Assembly: GCA_039794365.1 (NCBI GenBank)
Contig: JBDIVN010000001.1
Span: 450,753 to 514,752 of the forward strand
Direction: 5' to 3'
Source of the DNA: Vampirovibrionales bacterium
GTDB lineage: Bacteria; Cyanobacteriota; Vampirovibrionia; Vampirovibrionales; Vampirovibrionaceae
Length of the DNA stretch: 64,000 nucleotides
Of the stretch, positions 1-10,260 are shown in pieces; within the stretch, counting starts at the first letter, position 1, and each line of letters starts with the position of its first letter. Under the pieces are notes generated by a model. The model saw only the letters and a program-made list of their open reading frames with translations. It had not been told where the DNA came from and did not search any database. A program made the position numbers and the translations under genes.

Positions 1-866
1 GCAACCGCATTCTCGGATTCTTCCGGCACAGGAACGGATTGGACTTCCATCTGGGTAACGGCATACCGGGATGCCAGGGGTTTGTCTTCCGGTTCCGGCA
101 GAAACGGGTTACTGTCCGCAGCAGCCGGTCCATTGGCCTGGTTGTCGCTGGAAGCCGCCATCACGGGCTGGTCTTCAATAACATAGCCCACTTCCATATA
201 CTGTTCACGGGGACTTTGAAGGGCGGCCAGAATCCCGGCGTCATCCACACGGGCACCGGGAAACTGCTCAAGAATCCGCTGCCGGATTTCCGCCACCGAG
301 GGTCTGCCCCGATTAAACACATCCCGGTATGTGGCAATACGAATCTTGTCATCATGCTTTCGGATCAGAACCAGATCATAACGGACCTCAACCGGGGTGC
401 CGATATCCACCAGGTCAAACAGCACCTCGGCATCGCCGACTTTCATCCGAACACAGCCGTGGGAACTGAACTTGCCGACGGACGAGGGCCGGTCGGTCCC
501 ATGAATGCCATACTCCCCGCCCTTGTAGGGATGAAAACCGATCCAGCGGGTCCCCAGCGGGTTGTTGGGGCCAGGGGCAATGCGGGAAGCCCCGCCCGGT
601 TTGTAGGGATTTTCCCAACCGGGGTCCAGGATTTTCCGTGTAACCCGGAATGCCCCGACAGGGGTGGAAAACCCCGGACGGCCCACCCCTACGGGAAACC
701 ATTTGACAATCTCCTCACCCTGGTAAAGCCAGAGGGTCCGCGAGGGAATGTTAATGACAATCCGATGGCCGTCATTCGGTGAATTTGCCCAGGCTGCGGG
801 CATAAACAGCATCGTAACGGCAAACACCAACAGGGTTGTCAATGATTTTATTCCGCGCATCTTCAT
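1..866 (-). CDS. L,D-transpeptidase (YkuD family), secreted; 3' end runs off the window
   Basis: Not in the ORF track because it has no stop inside the window. Manual translation from ATG 866 gives MKMRGIKSLTTLLVFAVTMLFMPAAWA (signal peptide), RIVINIPSRTLWLY, VGVGRPG, NPLGTRWIG and YGIHGT...SSHGCVRM (catalytic His/Cys motif). Confidence 0.92.
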   Translation of the reverse strand, partial: MKMRGIKSLTTLLVFAVTMLFMPAAWANSPNDGHRIVINIPSRTLWLYQGEEIVKWFPVGVGRPGFSTPVGAFRVTRKILDPGWENPYKPGGASRIAPGPNNPLGTRWIGFHPYKGGEYGIHGTDRPSSVGKFSSHGCVRMKVGDAEVLFDLVDIGTPVEVRYDLVLIRKHDDKIRIATYRDVFNRGRPSVAEIRQRILEQFPGARVDDAGILAALQSPREQYMEVGYVIEDQPVMAASSDNQANGPAAADSNPFLPEPEDKPLASRYAVTQMEVQSVPVPEESENAV

Positions 867-1170
867 TCCTTTGCTCCGGTTCTTTTACGTGGGCGATTCA
901 TTGCTGTTTGAAATATGCCGGCAGCATCTGTACCCGAAAGTATAAAAGAAACAGGATTGCCTTGACAGTCGCCAAAGCGTCTAATCTCATCAACCAACCT
1001 GCTATTGTCCAACCCGGAACCGATCCGTTTTTTTACGCAATCCCTCGGATCACCGAAAGCCCGCTTCACTCCTCCCCCGCTCATACTCCGGTGCCTTACG
1101 GATACCCTCTGCCAATGGTTTATCACATTATCTTTACCGTACACGAAGTCGGGAATGAGGATTTGACAGC

Positions 1171-1899
1171 ATGGCACAGGAGTTGAGCGTTTCACCGCAT
1201 TCTCTGGAAAGCATTTCCTCCGCCGAGGCACCCAAACATGCGCTACACCTGGATATTCAGGTCCTGTTTCTCAGCCAGGTCACCGACTTTGCCTATCAGT
1301 TCCAGCAGGTTCTCAAACGCATGGCAGACATGATGCTGGCCCTGGCGGCACTGGTCGTCTTTTCCCCCCTGCTGACGGCCATTGCCCTGCTGATCAAACT
1401 GACCTCCCCCGGACCGGTCTTCTACCTGAGCGAACGCGTCGGGAAGAACTACAACCGCTTCCGCATGGTCAAGTTCCGAACCATGACCACCGACGCCGAC
1501 AGCCAGCGTGACAGGCTGCGCGAGTCCACCGCGCAGCAGGGTAAGCTCTTCAAGATGAGGGATGATCCGCGGGTCACTCCCCTGGGCCGGTTGCTGCGCA
1601 AAACCAGCCTGGACGAACTTCCCCAGCTGTTCAACGTTGTTCGGGGAGAGATGAGCCTGGTGGGGCCGCGCCCCTTGCCGCCAGACGAAAGCTTTCTGTT
1701 CGATGCGCCCTACACCCTCCGTTACCGGGTTTTTCCGGGGATTACCGGCGCCTGGCAGGTGCATGGCCGTTCAAATACGGATTTTGAAAACCTCTGCCGG
1801 CTGGAGATGGATTACCTGATGAACTGGACGCTGAAAAAAGACGCCGAACTGATCCTGAAAACCATTCCCGCCGTCCTGACCAGCCGGGGTGCCTATTAA
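1171..1899 (+). CDS. Priming sugar transferase (undecaprenyl-phosphate glycosylphosphotransferase, Bac_transf domain)
   Basis: KRMAD-TM-SPGPVFY, KFRTM, DDPRVTPLGRLLRKTSLDELPQLFNV, SLVGPRP and PGITGAWQV motifs. Confidence 0.95.
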   Translation: MAQELSVSPHSLESISSAEAPKHALHLDIQVLFLSQVTDFAYQFQQVLKRMADMMLALAALVVFSPLLTAIALLIKLTSPGPVFYLSERVGKNYNRFRMVKFRTMTTDADSQRDRLRESTAQQGKLFKMRDDPRVTPLGRLLRKTSLDELPQLFNVVRGEMSLVGPRPLPPDESFLFDAPYTLRYRVFPGITGAWQVHGRSNTDFENLCRLEMDYLMNWTLKKDAELILKTIPAVLTSRGAY

Positions 1900-1912
1900 C
1901 ACGTCAGGCCAT

Positions 1913-2926
1913 CTAGTCCTGGACGGCGGTTTCCCGGCGCAGCCGGACCAGACGCCGCACCAGCCAATGGCAGTACAGCCGCCCCCGCAAAGACCTGGGA
2001 TTCGGCATGACGAGTTCATACGTGCGAAGCTGCCGGTTGGACGACAGGCGCTTGTACATGTAGCCGCCCGAACCCATGTTGAAGAGTTTCACCCCCATGT
2101 CCGCCGCCCGCTGAAGCTGAAGATACAGACTGATCAATCCCGGAAAGTACTCGTTGTGCAGCCCCGTGTTGATGGGCAGCAGCCAGTAAATCACGGGACC
2201 GATACGGATGTTCATGCTGAGGCTCGCGATCCCGTCTCCCAGCCGAAGGGCGCAAAGTTCCAACTGGCCTGAGGCCTGAAGGCATCTGGACCACTCCACG
2301 ATAAACCGCCGCTCATGGGGATCGTTAAAGTAGGAGTAACCCGCTTTTTCATCCCAGTAGGGTATGTGATAGTGGAAATAGGACCCGAAAAAGTCATCCA
2401 CCATGGACGAGCTGCCTGATGAGTCGCCTGATGAATCGTCAGTTAAATAAACCAGTTCCGGCGAAAGGGCGCGGGCCTTTTTGAATTTCTTCTGGAAATC
2501 CCGGCGTCCGCCGTAGGGGATGCTGGCCATATAGGCATCCATCCCGCCCGTCAGGTCCGCCGCATATTCCACGTCACCCGGCAGAACAGCCGGGCGGTAG
2601 CCGGGTTCGCGGAGCATGTCCCATGCCTGCACACCGTCCCGAAGCCCCGACCATTGCAACCTGAGGTAATCCCACGGCCAGTCGTCCCGAAGCAGGCGGA
2701 AGTCCTTGATCCGCTCGGCGGTCAGATCCTGGTTCCAGGCATTGTTCCAGCCCGACAGGCGAAGCTCCTTCAGCGCAAGCATGTTGTGCAAAAAAGATCT
2801 GCGGTGCAGGACGAAATCTCCAAAGCGATTGTCAATCCTGAATTTCGGCGACAGGTACAGATGCCAGCACCGGTGAAAATCCGCTGACTCGTACGGAAAC
2901 GGTTCAAGGAGCGATGTTACCGTCAT
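1913..2926 (-). CDS. GNAT-family N-acyltransferase (CelD/BcsL-like)
   Basis: C-terminal ELCALRLGDGIAS...YFPGLISLY...FNMGSGGYMYK. Start moved to ATG 2926 (MTVTSLL), which has GGAGGTG upstream. Confidence 0.78.
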   Translation of the reverse strand: MTVTSLLEPFPYESADFHRCWHLYLSPKFRIDNRFGDFVLHRRSFLHNMLALKELRLSGWNNAWNQDLTAERIKDFRLLRDDWPWDYLRLQWSGLRDGVQAWDMLREPGYRPAVLPGDVEYAADLTGGMDAYMASIPYGGRRDFQKKFKKARALSPELVYLTDDSSGDSSGSSSMVDDFFGSYFHYHIPYWDEKAGYSYFNDPHERRFIVEWSRCLQASGQLELCALRLGDGIASLSMNIRIGPVIYWLLPINTGLHNEYFPGLISLYLQLQRAADMGVKLFNMGSGGYMYKRLSSNRQLRTYELVMPNPRSLRGRLYCHWLVRRLVRLRRETAVQD

Positions 2927-2933
2927 GCTCTGG

Positions 2934-4112
2934 TCACCTCCGAAGCAACTTGTTGCGAATATCCCGGACCCGGTCATCCATCCGCCACATCTGCCAGGCA
3001 AGGGGGCTGGAAAAAGCGAGCAGGTTCCAGAGCGGCTGTTCGTCGTTCTGCCATCGGGCCTTGTGCGGCTCGTTTCCGCGGCCCAGGTAATAGCACCGGT
3101 CCCCCTGGGTGATGCCGTACTGCAGCAGCATTTCATCCAGCAGAAAACCGGGGCTGAAACGGCTGAACTCCCGGTTGTAGGCGCCCAGATGCCCCAGGTA
3201 GCCATTAATACGCTGTAGACCAATATCGTAGGCCAGCACGTCATCCTTCAACTTCAGGACAAAAAAGCGGACCTTCGGGCGTTCACCGGCGTACAGGATC
3301 AGCAGGTCGCTGTAAAAGTTCCTGAGCCGGGGAAACCGCTCAAAGTTGCTCCGGCTCCCGCGTTCCTCCCAGTACGCGCTGTGCCATTGGGCCATGATTT
3401 CCAGGTGGTAGCTGATCTCCAGGGGGGAGCGGATCATTTCCATCACCGGCGGCTCGTACCCGGCCTTCGCCACCAGCTTCAACTGCTGGCGAAGTTTCTT
3501 CATGTTGGACGGATACAGCTTCTCGTACACGGCCAGGCTTTCCGGCAGGTTCATGAAAGGACAGGACATGGTGGGGATGACCTCACCCCGGAATGTGGTG
3601 GATCTCAGGTGATAAAGCAGGGCCTCCGACTGGGATCGGTCCGGCACGTAGCGCAGGTCAAGAACGTCCCAGCAATGGCGCGATTTGCCCAGTTGCTCCG
3701 CAACCAGCCGGAGGATGCGCCCCTCATCCTCCCCCTGCCGGATAATGATTTTCATCTCATCATACAGGCAGGGTTCGGTACCGATAAATTGCAGGTGCCT
3801 GAGCAGGCGCCGGTTCAACCCGGACGGCGCCCGGCGGATACGAAACGGCGCCGCAGCGGCCAGTTCGCCCTTTGCATTGCGAACCGTCACCACGAACAGA
3901 TCGTCACTGCCCGAAAAGTTTTTGAGCCACGCATGCAGCCAGCCATGTTCAATGGTAATCATCACCTCGCCGGAATGGGCGACCAGATCGTTCCACTCCT
4001 CCGCCAGTTCAAGAAACCGGGAAAACCGGCGGATCACCCGTCCGCGGTAACCGGCGGCATCCTCATTGCGTGGAATGACTCCGGGGGATAATTCCAAGAC
4101 GCTGCCATGCAT
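2934..4112 (-). CDS. GNAT-family N-acyltransferase (CelD/BcsL-like)
   Basis: EEWNDL...WLHAW, LAAAAPF, FSRFSPGFLL and YYLGRGNEPHKARW. ATG 4112 has a GAAGGAGG RBS. Confidence 0.85.
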   Translation of the reverse strand: MHGSVLELSPGVIPRNEDAAGYRGRVIRRFSRFLELAEEWNDLVAHSGEVMITIEHGWLHAWLKNFSGSDDLFVVTVRNAKGELAAAAPFRIRRAPSGLNRRLLRHLQFIGTEPCLYDEMKIIIRQGEDEGRILRLVAEQLGKSRHCWDVLDLRYVPDRSQSEALLYHLRSTTFRGEVIPTMSCPFMNLPESLAVYEKLYPSNMKKLRQQLKLVAKAGYEPPVMEMIRSPLEISYHLEIMAQWHSAYWEERGSRSNFERFPRLRNFYSDLLILYAGERPKVRFFVLKLKDDVLAYDIGLQRINGYLGHLGAYNREFSRFSPGFLLDEMLLQYGITQGDRCYYLGRGNEPHKARWQNDEQPLWNLLAFSSPLAWQMWRMDDRVRDIRNKLLRR

Positions 4113-4145
4113 GGTTTTTCGTCCTCCTTCAAATTGCTGCATCTA

Positions 4146-5177
4146 TCAGGTCACCGCATCCACGGCCCGCTGGAATCGACCAGACACCTGCCAGCGGGCC
4201 TTGACCAGGAAATTCTGGAAATCGCCGGGAAGCCAGGATCGCACCAGCAACGGGAAACACCGAATAAACCAGTGGCCCAGCCCGACATAACGATCGGCGA
4301 ACGCCTCCAGGACGAGGTACCGGGCCAGATCGGGCTGATCCGCCAGCAGGCGTTCCCGCGCCAGGTAACGGTAAATATCCGTGTAGGCCAGGGAGCGGTA
4401 CCGGTGAAGGGGCCGGGGAAGCGTTCCCTTGGCGAACAGCCATTCGGCAATTTTCAGGTTGCTTTCCAGCAGACGGTCCACATGTTCCGGCGCCTTCGTC
4501 AGGCTGCGCGAGTGGACCCGATACCGGTAGATATAGGCCGGCAGGCAACGGACGCCGTTGAAATTATCCAGAAACAGCCGCACGTAGAATTCATAGTCTT
4601 CCGGTCCGCACAATTCCTCGTTGAAGTGGCCCACCCGCTTGAGGGTGGAACGGCGGATCATCAGGGCCGGGAGCATGCACGTGACGGTCCCGGTCAGGAT
4701 CTCCTTCCACGTGCAACGATACCCCGGAGGCAGGCGATAATCGCCATCCTCTCCCTCGATCAATTGAATGGCGGGCGTCACAGGGTTTCCTGCCTCGTCC
4801 ATGTAGTCGGCAAAGCCGTAGACCGCGGTGAGTCTCCGATTGTTGATCAGCACCGCCGCCTGCTTCTCGATACTGTCGGGAAAGTAAACGTCGTCGGCAT
4901 CCAGAAAGGTAATCAGGGTTCCCTCGCACAGGTCCAGCCCGATATTGCGCACACCAGCGGGAGAGCCGACCCGCGCCACCTGCACGTAGCGGATGCGGCG
5001 ATCCCGGTAGCTCCGGATGACCTCCGCCGTGTCGTCGCTGGAGTCATCATCCACGATGATCAGCTCCCAGTTGCGGTACGTCTGGACCAGGACAGACTCA
5101 ATCGCCTCGGCGATGTAATCCTCCGCGTTGTGCGCGGGCATGATGATGGAGACCTTGGGAAGCACGGGTTTGGACAT
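4146..5177 (-). CDS. Glycosyltransferase family 2
   Basis: VSIIMPAHN, IIVDDDSSD, FLDADD and PEDYEF. Confidence 0.95.
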   Translation of the reverse strand: MSKPVLPKVSIIMPAHNAEDYIAEAIESVLVQTYRNWELIIVDDDSSDDTAEVIRSYRDRRIRYVQVARVGSPAGVRNIGLDLCEGTLITFLDADDVYFPDSIEKQAAVLINNRRLTAVYGFADYMDEAGNPVTPAIQLIEGEDGDYRLPPGYRCTWKEILTGTVTCMLPALMIRRSTLKRVGHFNEELCGPEDYEFYVRLFLDNFNGVRCLPAYIYRYRVHSRSLTKAPEHVDRLLESNLKIAEWLFAKGTLPRPLHRYRSLAYTDIYRYLARERLLADQPDLARYLVLEAFADRYVGLGHWFIRCFPLLVRSWLPGDFQNFLVKARWQVSGRFQRAVDAVT

Positions 5178-5183
5178 AACGGT

Positions 5184-6725
5184 TCACTCCGGTTTGACTG
5201 ACATAACGGACAGGTTGACCATGATTTTTTCCCGGACGAACTGGCGTTCCGTCTCGCCAGCCGTCCAGAGAAACCAGAACAAAGCCGCCAGAAGCAGGCA
5301 CAGCGCACTGATCGCCATCGGTCCGACCAGGGCCTGCGGCGGCAGCATCAGGCTCAGCCCATGAATGGTCAGACCGTATATTCCCAGCAACACCCAGACC
5401 TTAAGATGGACGTGCAGGAAATAATCCCGGAAGCTAATGGACAGGTGACGGCAGGAATGGGGAATCAGGCCCAGCTGATGCTGCACCAGCTGAGGCACCA
5501 GCGTGCCGATAGCCACCCCGGCCAGGCCGATAAATTGCACCAGGACCAGACTCAGCAACAGATTCGCCGCCGCAGCCGCCAGGCTGGTAACCGTCAGGAA
5601 CTGCTGATGGCCGGACGTGTACAGGAAATAGCACGCCGGAATCTGCAGGGCGCTGCTCCAGATGATGGGAACGGCCAGGACCAGCAGGGGCAGCGTCTGC
5701 TCAATGTTCATCCGGCCCGCCGAGAAGAAGTGGAACAGGCGGGGATAGAACAGGATCACCGGCACCAGCAGCCCGCCGATGAGAAAATGGTTGAAACAGC
5801 TCATGCGCAAAAACAGGCGGCGGGCCGTTTCCTGTTGGGCGCCGCCATACATGCCGGCAAACAGGGGAAAGATGCCCTCACCCATTTTCAGGCACAATTG
5901 CAGGGCGCTGCCCAACAGCCGAAAAACCACCTCGTAATAGCTCACCAGCGTGAGGGGGAGAAACAGCGCAATCACCAGGGTATCGAGCTTGTGGGATACG
6001 ATCACGCTGAGGTTGACCATCATGGCATGCCCTGTCTGCCGGACCAGCTCCCGAAGCTCGGAAAACCGGAAGACCGCCGCCGGGTGAAAAAGCCGGTCTT
6101 CGGCCCGGCGGGCCTGGTATACCACCAGCAGGGACCAGAAAACGGCCCCCATCAACCGGATGGCCAGCAGCCCCTCCAGTCCGTAGCCCAGCCACAGGGC
6201 CAGGATTCCGAACGTGAAGAGAAGCAGGTAAAAAGCCGTCTCGGCAATATGATTCCATTGGTGCAGGCAATGGCTGAGCAGAACAGCCTTGTAGTAGGTC
6301 GCGTAAAGGGTCAATCCCCCTTCGAGAATCACCAGGACGATTGCCACCTGCGCCAGCGTGGCGATATTCTCCTCCCATCCGAAAACAACCGGAAACATGG
6401 GCGAAAGGGACAGCCCTGCGGTCAGAATGACCAGCGCCAGGATGACAAACAGCCCATGGGCTGTTTTCAGCATGCCCGTATAACGGTTCCCGTCTCCGGC
6501 ACCACGGTATTCAGCCAACAGCTTGACCATCGCGTCGGTCATGCCAAGATCCAGCAGCACCATGATCTCCAGCAGGCCGATGAGCAGAATATACAAGCCG
6601 AAGGTCTCCACGCCCAGCAGATGGATCAGGATTGGCAGCAGCAGAATGTTCAGCAGGTGACGAACCACCATGCTGCCCGCCCCGGTCAGCATCCCCATCA
6701 GAAAGCGTTCACGAACGGGCCGCAT
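5184..6725 (-). CDS. Wzx-type polysaccharide flippase
   Basis: Many predicted TM helices, LLDLGM motif, typical 'KLDTLVIALFL...VSYYEV' segment and EPS context. GGGAGG lies 6 nt before ATG 6725. Confidence 0.85.
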   Translation of the reverse strand: MRPVRERFLMGMLTGAGSMVVRHLLNILLLPILIHLLGVETFGLYILLIGLLEIMVLLDLGMTDAMVKLLAEYRGAGDGNRYTGMLKTAHGLFVILALVILTAGLSLSPMFPVVFGWEENIATLAQVAIVLVILEGGLTLYATYYKAVLLSHCLHQWNHIAETAFYLLLFTFGILALWLGYGLEGLLAIRLMGAVFWSLLVVYQARRAEDRLFHPAAVFRFSELRELVRQTGHAMMVNLSVIVSHKLDTLVIALFLPLTLVSYYEVVFRLLGSALQLCLKMGEGIFPLFAGMYGGAQQETARRLFLRMSCFNHFLIGGLLVPVILFYPRLFHFFSAGRMNIEQTLPLLVLAVPIIWSSALQIPACYFLYTSGHQQFLTVTSLAAAAANLLLSLVLVQFIGLAGVAIGTLVPQLVQHQLGLIPHSCRHLSISFRDYFLHVHLKVWVLLGIYGLTIHGLSLMLPPQALVGPMAISALCLLLAALFWFLWTAGETERQFVREKIMVNLSVMSVKPE

Positions 6726-8277
6726 GAGCATCCTCCCGGAATGCCATCCCATACAGGGTCGTGGCAAAGACCCAGAACAAAATCGGCGCATCAAACATGT
6801 ATGTCGCCTCGTCAAAAGCGCACACCGCCAGGAAATAGACACACAGGGCGATAATGGCGGAAAGCAGCGGGCGCGTGCGGCGGTGGCCCATCTCGAACAT
6901 GCGCCGCAGGGCCTTGCCGAACAGCGTCAGCACGGCGGCAAAATACAGCAGGCCCATCACGCCGAGATCGTAGAGCAGGGCGATATACCCGTTATGCACC
7001 ATCATCAGCGGCCTGACATTGGTTTCGCTGTTGTAGAGCAACTGGTAGACCCACACGTTGGCCGCGGTGAATCCGTGCCCGGTCAGCAGGGCCGTTCCAT
7101 GGATGCCGGAAAGCAGGTAGTCCCACACCTGAAGACGCCAGTCCATGCTGTGGGTATTATCCAGGCGCCGTTGAACCATGGTGAAAAAACTTTCGTCCGT
7201 GACCCAGGCGTACAACGCCAGCCCCAGCGGAATCAGCGCCGCCATGCAGACCGTTCCGGTCAGGACGTTCCGCCGAATCTTCGGTGACGAGAGATTCAGC
7301 AGGAAGATGAGGACGATGCAGATCCCGGCCACCATGATGGCGGTTTTCGACAGTCCCAACAGGAATGCGCACAGGTTTGCCAGCAGGGCACCTGTCAGAA
7401 GCATCCCGGAGATCCGGCCCTTGTTTTCATCCTGGTAATAAAAATAAAGCCCCAGATTATAGAGTAGCAGCAGACCGGTATGATGGGCGAACGGGTTAGG
7501 ATGACTGAAAATGCCGTGCGCCCGGTTGAAACCGTCAAGCCACTGGCTGGTCAGCATAAACGGATAGCCGATGATGGTATATGCCGCCACCCCGATGGAG
7601 ATGATGAGCAGCCACCGGTTGAGCCAGTCGAAATAAGGCTCGGATCGCTCGGCGGTATAAACGGCCACAGCGGCAACGCCAATGGCCAGCAGATTGTAGA
7701 AGTAGGAAACCGCCTGGAATATGCCGGTGGATCCCTCGGATACCGTACCCTCCCGGTACAGTTGGGGGTCCGTCGCCCAGGCATTGAAAAACACGAAATA
7801 AAGCCCCAGCCACAGAATGAAAAGAAGATAGAACCGGAAATGGGGAAGCCGCCACAGGACCTGCCGGTGCGACGCCATCAGGGCAAGGGCCGGGATGCCC
7901 AACACCAGCATGATCAGCGGACGGAAACGCAGGTTCAGCCCCAGGCCCAGAAGCCATTCGTTGACCCCGTTCGCCAAGGCCCAGCCGGCCACCAGGAACA
8001 ATGCCAGCCATTTCGGCTCACGCAGGACGTAGCGGAAGTAAGCCGTATATCCCACCCCGGCCACGACCAGGAAAACCAGCACAAAGATATTGAGCGGGTT
8101 CAGCAACGAGGCTGCCCGATCCAGGCCGATAGCGGGGAATACCCCGTAAACCAGCAGGGAAAGGACCGTCGCCGCCAGCAGCGGGACAAGCCAGAACCCG
8201 TGACGAAAGAGAATTTCACCCGCGGGTTTTTCAGACAAGGATTCAGACGCAGACATCGGTTTACCCGTTCGTTTCAT
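6709..8277 (-). CDS. O-antigen ligase / Wzy polymerase family membrane protein
   Basis: Multi-TM protein with RAHGIFSHPN, SMDWRLQVW, GHG and HNGYIALLYDLG (Wzy_C-type). Confidence 0.88.
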   Translation of the reverse strand: MKRTGKPMSASESLSEKPAGEILFRHGFWLVPLLAATVLSLLVYGVFPAIGLDRAASLLNPLNIFVLVFLVVAGVGYTAYFRYVLREPKWLALFLVAGWALANGVNEWLLGLGLNLRFRPLIMLVLGIPALALMASHRQVLWRLPHFRFYLLFILWLGLYFVFFNAWATDPQLYREGTVSEGSTGIFQAVSYFYNLLAIGVAAVAVYTAERSEPYFDWLNRWLLIISIGVAAYTIIGYPFMLTSQWLDGFNRAHGIFSHPNPFAHHTGLLLLYNLGLYFYYQDENKGRISGMLLTGALLANLCAFLLGLSKTAIMVAGICIVLIFLLNLSSPKIRRNVLTGTVCMAALIPLGLALYAWVTDESFFTMVQRRLDNTHSMDWRLQVWDYLLSGIHGTALLTGHGFTAANVWVYQLLYNSETNVRPLMMVHNGYIALLYDLGVMGLLYFAAVLTLFGKALRRMFEMGHRRTRPLLSAIIALCVYFLAVCAFDEATYMFDAPILFWVFATTLYGMAFREDAHAARS

Positions 8278-10223
8278 TCACCCTGACCCGCGCCGGCCCT
8301 GGGGGTTTCCACCGAATCCGGCTGAGGCGCGGGATTGGATTCCGCCCGGCGCGAGGACAGGGCATGCCGGAACCGCATTTCGAATTCCCGGTCGATACGG
8401 CTCTTGATCTGACCCTCCTTGCGCTTGAGCATGTTCTCCCGGAATTCCAGGGACTGCTGCAGATGTTCCAGTTCCTTGTTTCGGACCATCAGCCGATCCT
8501 GCAAGCCGTACATGTAGTCGCGGGCCTCGTTGATTTCGGCTTCAAGCCGCTGAAGCCGGCGTTCGCGCTCGTCCAGTTCCGCTATCCGATCTTCTAATTC
8601 CTTTTTTCGGCTGGCCAGTTCCGACTCGATGGTGCGAATGACGGACTTCTGGACGCCGGAAGAGTCGGTAGCCGGGATCTCCGGTTTTGGAACTTCAGGC
8701 ATAGGGTTTTCCTCCGATGATTCCAGCGAACCAAACAGGATGTCCAGGGGATCGCCCTCCTCATCGGGATGTCGGGGCTGGAGGGTTTCCACCTTTTCGA
8801 GCAGCCGTTTCGGCAGGGTGCGAACCTTGCCGTCCAGATCGAAACGGTGCCTCAGGTAAACCGCGCCCCCGCTGGCCGCGACCCCAAGAATCAAGGCAAT
8901 GGCAAACAGGTGCAGTGGCGATGGAAAATTGGCATGCCGCGGCAGGTTCGGCGGGTCCACGATAAAGACATTGCTCAGGGTCTGGGCTTCCTTGAGCTTG
9001 GCCTCCATGAACTTGCGGCGCAGGGAGTCCAGCGATTCGCTCAGGGAGCGCTCTTTCTGCTCAATGGCAGCCAGGCCCTCCTCCACCACCGGGAACGACC
9101 GAATGCGCTGGTCCAGTTCATTAAGCCTGGCTTTCAACGCCTGGGCTTCGCGATGCGCCCGGTTGCGCTGGGCCTGGGTACTCAGCATCTCGTTGACCAC
9201 CGTGCTTCGGGCCGTATCGGCCACCACCGGCACATCCTCCAGGTTGGCGGAATATCCCAGCGTGCTGGCCAACTCCTTGCGGATGTCCGCCTCCACTTGC
9301 TCCCTTTTCTCCCGGACTTCCCGGAGCTTGGGGTTCTTGTCGGTCAGGTTGGCCGACAGGAACGCCTGGGTTTCACTCAGATCGTAATACTCGGTGCGCA
9401 GCTTCCGCAGGGTCGGATTCATCCCGACCGCTGCGGCCTTCAGGGCCTCATCGGGATTCATGCCCAAGGCCTGCTGGTAACGGGCAAGAGCGGCACTGCC
9501 GCCTTCCGCCTGGGCCAGCATCTGATCCAGCCGCTCCTGGAACCTTGCCCGGAGCTTGGTCAGCTCGGCGCTCTCAATTCCGGCATCCACCGTATTCTGC
9601 TGGCGCTTGTAGTCGCTCTTGGTCCGCCGGACATCATCCAGCGCCTTCGAGAATTCCTCGACCTGCCCCTGGAGATACTTGCTCTGCTTGCGTTGCTCTG
9701 CCTGGTTGATATCCAGGCTGGCCTGCTGGAAAGCCTTGAGCAGGATCACCGCGCCCTGCCGGGAGAGTTCGGGACTCGTCCAGGAAAACCGGACCGTAAT
9801 CAGGTCGGTTCCCGGCTTGTTTTTTGCTTTGATAAACGCCGATCCGTCCCTGAAGAATTCCTCCCAGTCGGACGAGTTTCGAATTCCCCGCTTTTTGAGT
9901 TCGTCCGGGTGGTTTTTCCGAAAGAAGTCGTAAAGCGCCATGGAAATCGGCGCCGAATTCAGCAGACCCATGGTGTTCAGAACCGGGTTGGCCGATGTCG
10001 ACGACGTGGTCCGGGCGTCACCGCTCTTCTGCTCAAGAAACGGTGTGCTCATGGCGTAGTCCCGGATCATAACCGTGGCCTCGGACGTATAGGAAGGCTG
10101 ATAAAACAGCAGGCCGTAAATCAGCATCCAGCACCAGATGAACAGCATGGTGCCGGCCATCAGGCGGGCGTTCCGCCGGAAAAAGCCGCTGTGTGTCAAT
10201 CTGAAAAGATAATATTTCAACAT
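8274..10223 (-). CDS. Polysaccharide co-polymerase (GumC/Wzc-like) without a kinase domain
   Basis: N-terminal TM + YTSEATVMI, long periplasmic coiled coil (TDKNPKLRE), IVDPPNLP before the second TM. The cytoplasmic tail is a coiled coil with no Walker A. Confidence 0.85.
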   Translation of the reverse strand: MLKYYLFRLTHSGFFRRNARLMAGTMLFIWCWMLIYGLLFYQPSYTSEATVMIRDYAMSTPFLEQKSGDARTTSSTSANPVLNTMGLLNSAPISMALYDFFRKNHPDELKKRGIRNSSDWEEFFRDGSAFIKAKNKPGTDLITVRFSWTSPELSRQGAVILLKAFQQASLDINQAEQRKQSKYLQGQVEEFSKALDDVRRTKSDYKRQQNTVDAGIESAELTKLRARFQERLDQMLAQAEGGSAALARYQQALGMNPDEALKAAAVGMNPTLRKLRTEYYDLSETQAFLSANLTDKNPKLREVREKREQVEADIRKELASTLGYSANLEDVPVVADTARSTVVNEMLSTQAQRNRAHREAQALKARLNELDQRIRSFPVVEEGLAAIEQKERSLSESLDSLRRKFMEAKLKEAQTLSNVFIVDPPNLPRHANFPSPLHLFAIALILGVAASGGAVYLRHRFDLDGKVRTLPKRLLEKVETLQPRHPDEEGDPLDILFGSLESSEENPMPEVPKPEIPATDSSGVQKSVIRTIESELASRKKELEDRIAELDERERRLQRLEAEINEARDYMYGLQDRLMVRNKELEHLQQSLEFRENMLKRKEGQIKSRIDREFEMRFRHALSSRRAESNPAPQPDSVETPRAGAGQGE

Positions 10224-10260
10224 ATTTGCCTATCCTGATTCCTTGCTAACACTTTTCTCA

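Noticed and set aside
39-782. 247-aa plus-strand ORF
   Set aside because: Antisense shadow of the L,D-transpeptidase on the minus strand.
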